Below are positions 38,227 to 50,200 of a DNA stretch of 64,000 nt, in pieces (position 1 is the first letter of the stretch; each line of letters starts with the position of its first letter). The DNA is from Lytechinus pictus. Taxonomy: Eukaryota. The notes under the pieces are model-generated. The model did no database searches and was not told where the DNA came from. It saw nothing but the letters and a program-made list of their open reading frames with translations. The stretch covers positions 45,014,001 through 45,078,000 of the forward strand of contig NC_087251.1 of assembly GCF_037042905.1 (NCBI RefSeq). The letters run 5' to 3'. Made by a program: the position numbers and the translations under genes.

Positions 38227-41200
38227 CAGTAGCAGTAGAGTTTTAAGGAAGGGCTACAAATTTTCAAAGCCAATGAGAGAGCCACTGAGGCCATTCAAAA
38301 GGGCGCCTACAGCCATGGCCTTGGATCGATTGAAGCCCTGCTGGGATCTGAACCCACAACCCTGCAAGTGAAAGATGACCCTCACAACCACAAGACCATG
38401 ATGCATTGCATGACTAAAAAGAGAGCACACCGTAAAAGAGACAAATTATGATACAGAAACTGATGATGAAGCTTTACAATAAGATTATAAATGAAGGTGT
38501 GTCATCATGATTGCATTCCCCCTTTTTTGGAATCCACACCCTTGTAAAATTCATGAAGGTTTCAAAGGACAGTATCTCAAGTATCTTACAAACACCAAGC
38601 CCATTTCACAGCTAATTACTCAACACCGGACCATCCACTTGTGACCAACCGATGACGACGAGAAGTTAAATAAGGAGGAGAGGGTGCTGGAATCAGAGCA
38701 GAAGAGATAGAAAGGGAGGCATCTTGATAAGAACGAGAGGAGCGTAGAAGACAAGAAGATAAGCAATGGTAGAGGCTAGGGATGCTTGACAAGGCAAGAT
38801 TGCACTCCAGTCCGCATCTCAAGTCGGCAAGCGGAGCTGGCATGGCGTCCGAGTAGCGTGTCAACATGCACCCGCCTCCCACAACCGGTCTTCTTGTTTG
38901 CGGTGTGAGAGAGGGCCGCTCCGACGCAGTTTGCACATGTCCGCTTTTAGAGGGACCGGTGTTGGTTCTTCAGGGAGGCTGGGTGGCAGGGAATTGGCAA
39001 GCATTTACTCAGCAAATTGACCTGAAAGTGTCGGTGTTACGAAGACTGAGAGTACGGCTGGTGTCATGGAATGAAGAGGTGGATGTGTATTTTAGCTTTA
39101 TTGGTCATTGCGCAAATGATACTCTTGTCATCTCACAAACAGTCTTTACAAACATGTAGCAGCTTCTTTCTTTCCTTGGAGTCAGTATTCTATTGATTCA
39201 GCATCCTGATTTGTCATCACATGTTAGAATACCAGGCAAAAAAACGGGTCAATATTTCAATCACTCACGCATGTATACGCTGGCTTCATAACAGCATGTT
39301 CTTCTCTTTTAATAGGAATTCTAAATCATATAAACAAATATTTAGCTACGCGAGTCAGCAAAACTCTAAGTCAAGAGTTGACACAATAATAATATGCCAC
39401 ATTTATATTGCGCTTAATACAATGTTTCTTAGCACTGCATACTATTACCCCGGCTTTAGCAAGGCTACCATGATCGGATGCTTGAGCATTCGAGGAATTT
39501 CATCCCAACGCGTTACCCATTTACTACACCTGGGTGGAGAGTGGAAAATGAAGATAGATGCCTTGCCAAAGGACACAAGTGCTGCGGTGGGATTTGAACC
39601 CCAATCCTTGTGGTTCAAAGTCAGGTGACTTATCCACAGAGCCACAACAACCAAACACAACTCAAAAGATATCAGATTATGAAATTTACAACATATATTA
39701 ACATGATTGGAATATGCCACCAGCCCAACATCTTCACAACAGACTAATAATAATAATAATAGCGTTTTATTTACCCAGGGTAGCCACTTCAATCATAAGA
39801 CTGCTCTTCCAGCGGGCCCTGCATAACATAATATGTTATTATTACCCTTCTCCAGTCTAAATGCTGAGCACCAAGCAAGAAGGCAGGAGGTCCCATTTTT
39901 ATAAGTCTTTGGTATGACTCGGCCGGGGATCGAACCCACGGCCTCCCGTTCATGAGGCGGACGCTCTACCACTGAGCCAACATGCCCGGTTCATATATGA
40001 TACGCTGATAAAAAAGTCATCGCAAAACACGGTAATGGAAAACGAAAGTGTCTGATATTCATTTTATAAGTAAGATAAGAAAAAAATAAAATGCTAAACA
40101 AGAGAATATGGTCAAAAAGGGAAGTAGTAACTCACCAACATTTTTGTATTAAAATAAAAGCTGAGTGGATTGTGTATGATCATAAATATAATATCATGTT
40201 TAACAATATTTTAGAATCACCTAGTTCCATTCACAGAGGTAACAAAATGCATCCACACAGAGGACATGTCAAGACATTTCCTTCCCCATATTTGCTCTAA
40301 TTTTACCGTTTAAGTTCTCTTCATATTTGCCCTAATATTCATAGATTCATTTCAAGGGGCCATTTTTGCCATTCTGCTTTTCCCGTTCCCCTGATACTTG
40401 AATTTTAGGAGCAAGGTTTGTTCAGTTTCCAGGAGTAGGATGAATAATATTCTAAGACTTGCACCATGTGCTAATCAGGCCAACAAGTATATATATACAA
40501 AATATAAGACAAGAGTTTAATAATAATGAGAAATAATCTAGATAGAGGCATTTTCTGTAACATCCCAATCTGCCTCTGCAAGAAGATGTCCTTTTCCACC
40601 TTAATGTTGACACTCAAGACCAAAAGCCCCGAGTTTGACAGCAAAACCTTTATTGATTTCTCCAGCTCCGGTGCACATCCCAAATTGTCGGCCGGCAAAT
40701 GCATGTTTGAAACACATGGAAGTGCAGTACACATATTTGATCTTGGGTTGGCGAGTCATTTGTTCGGGAGGTTCAACAGATTAAAAGAGAGAGAAGGAGA
40801 AGTGAAGAGTGGCGGTCGGTGAGGAAGACACAGAGATAAAAATATAGAGAGAAAATGTGGGGGAGCCTCATGAATTTTTCATCGGCGTATCATATTCAGC
40901 CGTGAAGATGCGCGCTCTCCCCTTGTCCGTGCAATCTTACGCATCTCAAGTTTCCGGCGGACCTTCTCCAGTGAACTCGACCTTGACGAGCTAATTTGGC
41001 CTAGACGTTTGCCAGAGAGAGAGAGAGAGAGAGAGCTAAAAAAAGTTGGACAATTCGCCGGCCCGGTGCCGGGTTTTACAAGGAATTATCAGATTTTACG
41101 AGCACACTACAAAGGCAGGTTAGATCAATATTCAAATATTGACTATTAAAATTGGGAAAAACACTTGGTGGAGGAAATTGTACCCAAGGCATTTACATGG

Positions 41201-44200
41201 CACAGTTATTGCACTTTGGTAAGGGAGAAACAGGTGAATTTAGCAAACCCAATCTAAATGCTTCAAATTTCTTTATAGACAGGACGGTTAAATGGGAAAC
41301 CACAAGAAAATGCTTTAACCTTCTAACCGGTTCCATTCTTAACCTGTTTATGTGTATGGCTTGAATTTAGATGGCAAGTGAAAGAGTCACCGCTGCTGGT
41401 TCAGGATCTGTAAAGTAAAAGGTTGGATATTGTCTGTTGAGGAAGATTAGGGGAAATGTTTCTTTTTGTTTCAAGTCACCAATGATAAACCGATGAATCT
41501 AGTTCATGAGGTAGTACATAGTACACAAATATACCAGGCTTAGAGTAAGTATAGCGGGAATTATTCATCCGAGGTTGGACTGGCATTACAAATTTTGCAA
41601 AAAAATAGTGATTTTGCCAGTACAACCAAGGATGAATAATTCCCTCTATACTTTTGAAATAAAGGCCTGGTATATTTGTTTTATATTTTACTTTAATAAG
41701 TTAGAGTATCAGATCTTGATAATCTAGTTCATCATTTTTTAATCTGAAGTAAACCAGCTGCGCTGACTGACCTACTTTTCCTGAAGCCACGCGCTCAGCG
41801 CATGGAACGCGTATTAGTGCTTGCGCCATCATGATCTGTGACGTCAATGATGGAATAGTCGACTATTCCATCATTGACGTCACGGAATAGCACATTTTCT
41901 TCGGTGGGCGTTTCATTTTCAACATCATCACGAAATAGTGAGAATATGTTTGGTCCCATGATGCTATTCAAACCAATCAGCATACATGTTTTAATTTATG
42001 TAGGATAGAATACATGACAACAAGATGCGCGGAGAAAGGGAACATAATCACCATCTCTCAAGTCTACTTTATAATTTTTGGTTTAAATATCAATTATCAC
42101 TTTCAAAAGTACAACAATTATTTCTATGTAACAATTATTACTGCACTCTTCTTATCGATTTTAGAGATGATTCATTACACTCCAATGAACAAATCTATTA
42201 AAAAAGAATTTCAACAGAGATACAAATTTCTGAAGAAACACTAATATGAGTAATATTTGAGCATTTTCCCACCATGTAAACCAATAATGGTGAGTTTATC
42301 CTTACTCGTAACAGAAAGTTCATGCAATGAGTCCAATTGCTTCTCTCCTCGTGATTAACAAAACATAACCCAGTTCCATGAAGTTTAATTTAAATCATAA
42401 ATGACAAGAGTTTAATGGCAAACATGTTTTCATCCAATCAGATTCCACGACTTCAGTAGCTTATGACCATTGTTGTAACCACATCTAAAGAATGGAACAA
42501 CGTCCCTTCTTACATTAATCGAATCAACAGAGCAAACTCTGAAGATCAATTTACGAAACTAGTGAAAAAACACTTTTCTGATAAGTTATTTCCTTCCATT
42601 CCTTTATCCTTTAATCTATGGATTTGTATATCAGTTATTTTCTTAGTTGCTCATTGTTTTGTAAACGTAGTGATACGGTAAACTACAGAGAGTGCACATA
42701 CTAAATGCTGGCTATCACTATCATCATTTTTATTGAAGAAGTGATTTGTGAAACAGGGTCCTGGTTGGATGTTGATTTGTGATACCTACCCTGGATGGTT
42801 GATGGTCCTATCGCAGCAGGACTACCCGCAGCGGAACCACTGGTAGAGTTACCATCGGCATTGGCACTGGATGGGGACGAGGACGTCTTGTTGGGCGGAA
42901 GCTTCATCCCGAGCTGTTCGGCCAGTTCCGCGTGGTCGCCGGGATGCACGTAGTCGAAGACTGAACAACCCATCAACTCTACCTGTTATCATAACAAAAA
43001 AAAGATGTTGAATATTGAATAAAAATATTAATTTGATACAGTGCCTTTGCCTTTTGGTTCCAAAGTGCTGCACACACAATGCTCCATGTTTGGGCCACTT
43101 CAATATTAATTCAATATCTCAGAATGATCAGCTTAGTCTATGCAATTCATTTGTACAACTACTAAATATAATCTTACATTCATGGAGCACATCACACTCC
43201 AAAATTTCAATGTCCTGGACCCCATTGCATAAAAGTTACTAAAATGGTAACTTTGCCATCCAATTGTAACTACCATGGTAACAATGATCAATAGCCAATC
43301 AAAAACAAAGATTCCATGAAAGTTACCATTGGATGGCAAAGTTACCATAATGTTAACTTTATGCAATGTGGCCCTGGAATACTGCAAACAATAGTCATAA
43401 AAACAGAACAGAGTGAACAAAATAACAGATGGATAGAGAGAGAGGGTGTGGAAGGGAAAAATGAGAGGAGAGAGAGTGCGAGAGAGAGGAGGGAGGGACA
43501 GAAATAGAAAACATACAGAAGAATGAGGTAAAGACAGAGAGGGCAAAGAGATGACCATACATAGGAGAGAGAGAGAGAGGAGGGTAGAAAGGCAGAGATA
43601 GAGGAAAAGAGAGAAAATGAAACAAGTACAACCAGAATGTAGCAGAAAGATAGGAGAGACATAATGGACAACCAGAAAACAAAATCAATCTTTAAAAAAG
43701 CCAATCAGACTACTGGGAAAGAGAAAGAGAAATGTAAATATTAATACTCGAAGATGTAAGTAGAACAATGATTGACAGTCAAGGGCACATAGATCTCTCT
43801 AAGAGGTTGGAGTGCACTAGACAAAAATGGACAAAATATACTCCTAGAACCCTCAGACCTTGGAAGAAAAAAAAAGATCTGGCAAATGTGCATTGTAGAT
43901 ATATCTGATCTTTTTTTAGTAAGCTGTCAAACTGTTATAGAATGAAACACAGAATACATCAGAGATAATGATATTCATTACTTTCACCTAGGAGGTTAGC
44001 ATTTAGGGTTTGGTTACCCCCAGCGGTTAGATGCCAGATCGCTTTTCCCAACCTCCAAGAGCCCTTCACATCACAAATGGGCTTGACTCTATTTAATCAC
44101 ATTCAGTTTCAAGCAAGCTACCGCGGGCGCAAAGATGCTGATTCCCCTCTCATATCCATTCATAAATCTAATGAATGTGTCTTATCTCTGCTTTGGTATC

Positions 44201-47200
44201 TTTTATCCTGTGGTTTCAGAGTGAAAAGTTAAACTGAGGCCTAAAGGTTGACAAGTGAACCTAGAGATTCATTCAAAAACAAGCAGTGAAAAAAATCTTT
44301 GTCTTTACAAATAGTTTTCCTGAAGGTTTATGTTAACATAGTTTCATTGAAACTCATTAAAAAGCATTCATGTTGCATTGTCTAAAGGAAGCACAAGTAA
44401 GATGTGATTATGTCCAGGAATGGTCAATGGTAAACAGACTTTTACTTAACGTTTCTTATGTAAGGGTTCAACTCTCTTCTTAAGATTAAGAAAAGCTTTA
44501 ACTGAAAAGTTTTTATTTAATCTTGGGTAGTTCAAACTATTACTTGTCTTTGCCAAGCAAAAGATTTCTTAAAAGAAAATATCTTGAAAAAAAAATTCAT
44601 CACCCATCTGAAAATCTATCATAGTTATACCAGAAGTCAAAACTATTATCACCATACAAAAACTAAAAACCACGGAAGAATAAAAGTGCAGCAATTTATC
44701 ATTTCTCAAGGTTGCATCGTTACTATAAATTCTCCCCACAAAGCTATTAAATAATGGAAACAATGATCTATAATGACTTGATTGAATTATTTCAACCATC
44801 TTGGATAGAAAGCTAAACGAATACGAGGCAGAGGGACAAAATGCACTATTTGCGTGGAACATTTGGCAATGGTTCCGCAGGGGTTTGTGGTGTAAGCCAA
44901 ATACCACAAGACACAATACTGGTAAAAGAGTTTGAAGATAAATGGGACGCACACATCAATCATCTTAAACTACTTCTAATTCTGCTAAAGGACAAAAGGA
45001 AGATGGCTTTGAAGAAAATGACAACTAAATTATTGACATGGCCCCGGACAAAGAACAACCTTCAAGAAAGTGAAGAAGATGATGATGTATGATGATGGCG
45101 CTCCATTAGGTCCATTAAGACAGTAACGACCCCCCGGACTTTGGGGCTTCTTCTCGGAGTCTTTGTGCCATAATAGTGCAAGAGAACCTCCGAGCTGGAT
45201 GAATATGCATGAGGTCACGATACTTTCTCCACTCCCCCAAGGAACCATGAAAGTCCTGAATATTTCAGAAGTCTTGGTTACCGGAGGACCGAACCCGCTT
45301 CAAAATTCAACTTAATCTCCTCCAAGAGGTGTAAAGACGGGACCCTCCTACGGCCTGGGCGGGATCGAGTGAGATGAGAAGAGGCAGCTACTGTTTTGTA
45401 ACTGAACAAGGTTTGGGGTGTTTAAGGAGGACAGGATTACTGTACTTCACGGGGTGCGGTGAGGTATCCTGGGTACTTTGGGGAGGTCTTATCTTCCTGG
45501 ATGAGGTACAAACCGTAGATGTATGTCAAGAGGAGTGCAGCCAATGATGACACCAGGTGAATACAAAAATGGTTCTTTCCCTAATTCTCGCTTTGAACAA
45601 CACATTGAGAATTTAAAAACAAGCCTGACCTGTTTTCCCGAGTCGGCAAAATGGAAAGCAGTCAAGCTATTCAACTTCAAAAGGCACATCCTTTTCAAAA
45701 TCCATTCATAGTAAAGATTGTTCAATGTTTGTACGCACCCATTGAATATAGAGACTCCCTTTGGACATGCTCTAAATATGACTTTTCACTTAAGTTATAT
45801 ACATGATCCATTCAAATGAAAGGATCTATTTGTACCATTTGTGCTTTCAGGAGTGATATGTAGAATAAAATGAAAAGAGATCATAAAGTAGAGCGATCAT
45901 AATTCCATTCAAAGTTGAATCTAAAATAATTTAATGACCTAATTCATGTACATCGATGAATGAACATGTACTTTTGACTAGAGTTTGTATGTCCCTTCCT
46001 TTTATTCTTCCAGAGAGAGACCAGCTGTCAACAAGTTTTTTCTCTGGTATCAAAACTCTTTTTGAGGCAAGTGAGAAAATTCATCGAATTTGGCTTCCGC
46101 TTTTGATCCCATCCTTAACATCCCCTGCTTCGCAGGATACCTTGTCTTCAAACAAACTGCCATTCTATTCCCCAGGCCGCCATTCACATCATCTAAATCA
46201 CATAATATTCTCATCTTCCCAATACACCAGGCCCGCCCATCCCCAAGCCCATGACACTAATTAAGCATCAATTCATTATCCCGTTGCTTGACACTCTGTC
46301 GGAGGGTGCAGTAGCCTTTGGAGGGTGGCAGCGTAGCGCTATTAGCAGACGCTGCGTGGTGGTAATGGGGTTTTGATTCATGGAATTTGAAGGAGTATCA
46401 GCTCCACATCATTAACTTCAAATTACCTAGCCCATCAAAGACATTCTCCTGGCCTAATAAAAGATAAATCCTGCCCCTTCTAAGAAGACATGAACGGTTG
46501 TCGCATCTCGCCTGACCCAAGGAAGTTCATTACCATAAATAAATGCTTAACACTGATTCAGGTTTCAAAATGATCTCAAAGTATCTAATGATGAAATAAT
46601 GATCGGTCCTTCTGTTTGGGTGTGTTTCAACGCCAGAGGGAGTTTTGGGGAACAAAAGTGCAACCAGATGCCAGTGCCGTACATTCTTGAATAGAACATT
46701 AGCAAAATTCATCTGTCAGATTCGTCCTACTTGTATTTTCTTCTTTGTTTAAATGAATTGTAGTTGTTTGAACCTATTGTATGCTTTTATAGGCATATCG
46801 ACTATCTAATTTATAAGAAATTGTATATTCTATAAAAAGTGCCAACATTATCAATTGCTGCTCTTGGTGGAAATCTAATACAAAAATTTATTAACTATTA
46901 TTTGAAAATATTCTTAACAAGAAAAACATGTGTATACTTTAAAAACTAAACTTTACCTTCACAATCTAAATCTAATAGCCCTAAAAGAAAATACTCTCAA
47001 CATTCATACCATAATTTATTTGAAAAAAGATACAGCTAAACTTTGATTTTCATAGAGACCCCATAGATTATAAGAAAAGGCATTGAAAGGCACTGTCCAT
47101 CTAGAAACATTTCCACAATATTTACAAAGATTAAAATAATATGAAAAATATAAAACGATGACGATGATTACAATGATGATGATAATGATGCTGACGGTGA

Positions 47201-50200
47201 TGACAATGATGATGATAATAACGATGATGCTAAAGCTGGTTATGATAATGATGCTGATGATGATCAAGATAATAATGACGATGATGGTTATGATGATGAC
47301 GCAATAGCACAAAAAACATTCATCATTGCTCATCAAAATTTTCAAAAAATGCCAACATATCTATATTAAGAGTTTATATCATCATGGATATTCATATACT
47401 TACATTTCCCCGATATCGAATTTCAAATATTAAATTTCCGCTACCAATTCCATTACTATCTATCAGCATGATAGTAGCCCCTTAACATGAATGATACACA
47501 TGTTGGTGTCTTCGAATAGCGAAAATGTACACCGTTTTCATTATTTGAATTTCATTATGGTCTAATATCTATCCAGCTCTCGATTTCTTTACCATTTTGG
47601 TTATTAAGATACCAGGTGGGTGTTTCATAAAGCTGTTCATAGTTAGGAGTGACTGTACAAATGAATTTATGAATGACTGGCGACCCTTTCTCTTCGGAAT
47701 TACATCTACGCCGGATTCAATTTAACAGTGTTGCTTCGGTTCCTAAGAAAGGGTCGCCAGTCGTTCGTTCGTAAAGTCGCTTGTAAGTTACAATCAGCTT
47801 TATGAAACACCCACCTGAAATGGGGTTGACAGTATATACAAAGTGAAAAACCACAATGGTCACTCCCCCTTACTATGAATCCATTCACTTTGATTCCCTA
47901 TCAATGAACTCCCATAGGGGGTAAAGAAACACCCATACCAGGTAGGAGAAAGGGAGAGGGGTACAACAACCCCCCATGGGGGTGAATCAGTCAAGTTTTC
48001 ACACCTTTTGTAAGCCAATTATTCAATTATACCGTTACGTTGAGAGGAAATGGAAAGAGAGAGGAGGTAATGGTGATTAATTGACCAGAGGTCAAGCAAT
48101 GATAGGTCAGTGATATGGATGGGTGTCAGACAGCATTCCAAATGAATTAATTAAATACTGAAATTAACAGGGGTGTGAGTGGTCACAAAAAAAAACTGAA
48201 AAAGCTGAAGTGTTGAAAAAGTCTGAAATAGAAAGAGCTCCCATACTTTTTGTACAGAGGAAGGCCAAAAATAAGCTGAAATTAAGCTGAAAATCAAAAC
48301 AAAAAAATCTGAAATCAGATAAAAATCTGAACTCTCACACCCCTGAATTAAGTGGATCTCAATAAGCACTTTCAATGAGCATTAATATAAAAAGGTTGAA
48401 TTACTGGTGTGAACTTTATCAAAATGCCAAAAAAGTCTGATAGCCTGACACAACTAAGAACTCCGAATATGGTTATAATCACACCGCTATATTAATAGGC
48501 TTGTATTTCATTAATTTTCTGATGCAGTCATATCATGTCTAAGTGGATGAAATAAGTAGTTGATATGTCAAGTGGCAAAACAAATGACAAAACATAAGGC
48601 GGTGCTCCACCATCCCGAGTTTGCTCAATCTCGAGATTTTAGCCCGATCGGCCCTCTTCGCGATTAATCTCGAGATTCAAGAAACCCCGTCTCCACCATC
48701 GCAAGAGCGATTCCTGCTTGAGCAAGGCATCGATGCATTATGGTCTGAAGCCGTGAATAAATAATCCCGAGTGCGTCTGCACCGACGAATTAGCGCGATA
48801 ATTCGTAAAATAGTGCGCTATTTTGCAAATAATCCCAAGTTGACTTGGGATTGCAATCTCGAGATTAACCCTACGAACTAGCGCGATAATTGCGTCTCCA
48901 TTGCAAATAATCTCGAGATCGTTCAGATCGGGATTTGCCAGATCAGAAATAGCGCGCTAATTTGAAAACTCGGGATGGTGCAGACGGCCCTATAGACAGC
49001 TTGAAGACCAAGCGCACATAATATAAAGTGAAATTCTCACCTGTGAGAGTCCTAGATATATTGAGACGGTCTCCGAGATGTAAAGAAATCTTCCATCTCT
49101 GTATAATGCAAAGAGATATCCATCTAAACTCTGCAACGAAAAAATGAAAAAATATTCATTACCAACGCAATTCAATATATCTGAAATTATCATCATTACC
49201 ATTCAATTATTGTTTAACTTTGTGAGCAGCTGATATAAAAAATTCTCAAACCAAGATGAAACATGTGTACAAGTGCATGTATAAGAACTAATAAACCCTG
49301 AAAACAACCATTATTGAGAATGAAAAGCTAAAACTACAAGGCAAACCCCGATTTTGTAAATGGCGTCTTATAGACGCCTAAATAGTACACATCAGTGTAT
49401 GGGATGAAATTAAGATGGTGTTTTTGGTCACTTTATATTTCAATTTTTGAAGCACTAAATAATTATTTTCGAATGCAATTTTTTCTGGGCTTCATTTTTG
49501 TAACATATCACAGACACAGGTGACAAGTGTGACCTTCTAGCTCAGATTTTTTTAAAGTCAAACCAATGTTAACCAATGTTAACCAATGACATTGTGGATG
49601 TTTGGATGCATTGTCTGTGATATCCTTATAATTGTGGAATGTATGTGGTATTCTGGTAGATGGATAAAAAACAACAATATGAATATTTCAAAATGAAATC
49701 CAGAAAATGAACTTTCATTCAGGAATGCCTGATATAATGGGGTGATCGGCTCAAAACTAAATCTCTACATTATGAACGGTTCATTCTCTTATGAAAGGCA
49801 GAGCCGAGTATGTTGTACTATTGGAATGCACATTGATATTGGTTTTATTCCGATCAAGAAACATGTATGTATGTCCATAGATCAATACATAGCTAGCAGC
49901 ACAACTTCCAGAATGAAAATACAATTGGAGAAGGGGTATAGTAATCTCTTCAGCCTAATGCCATTATGAATGGTCTGATTTACTGTCACAAAAGGCACAA
50001 TATATATCTACAAATCACCTCACTCATCATGACCGTTATTATTGTGATTAATATGGTGAAGATCACCATGGATAACATATTTTTCCTTACTAAACTTTTA
50101 GTAGTAGCAGTAGTAGTAGCACCAGCAGCAGTAGCAGCAACAGTAGTAGTAGTAGCAGCAGAAGTAGTAGTACTAGTAGTAGTAGCAGAAGTAGTAGTAG

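Noticed and set aside
42781..42789. Tandem donor GTAGGTATC (second GT 4 nt downstream; similar at 21814)
   Set aside because: Use would shift the frame; this is a common by-product of the donor consensus and there is no evidence of use.
44700..45100. Possible degraded RTE-like LINE 3' end with (GAT)n tail
   Set aside because: The resemblance is too weak to call without a profile search.
45100..45760. GC-richer block checked for a hidden exon
   Set aside because: No sustained frame with suitable splice sites, and the flanking exons already join in phase.
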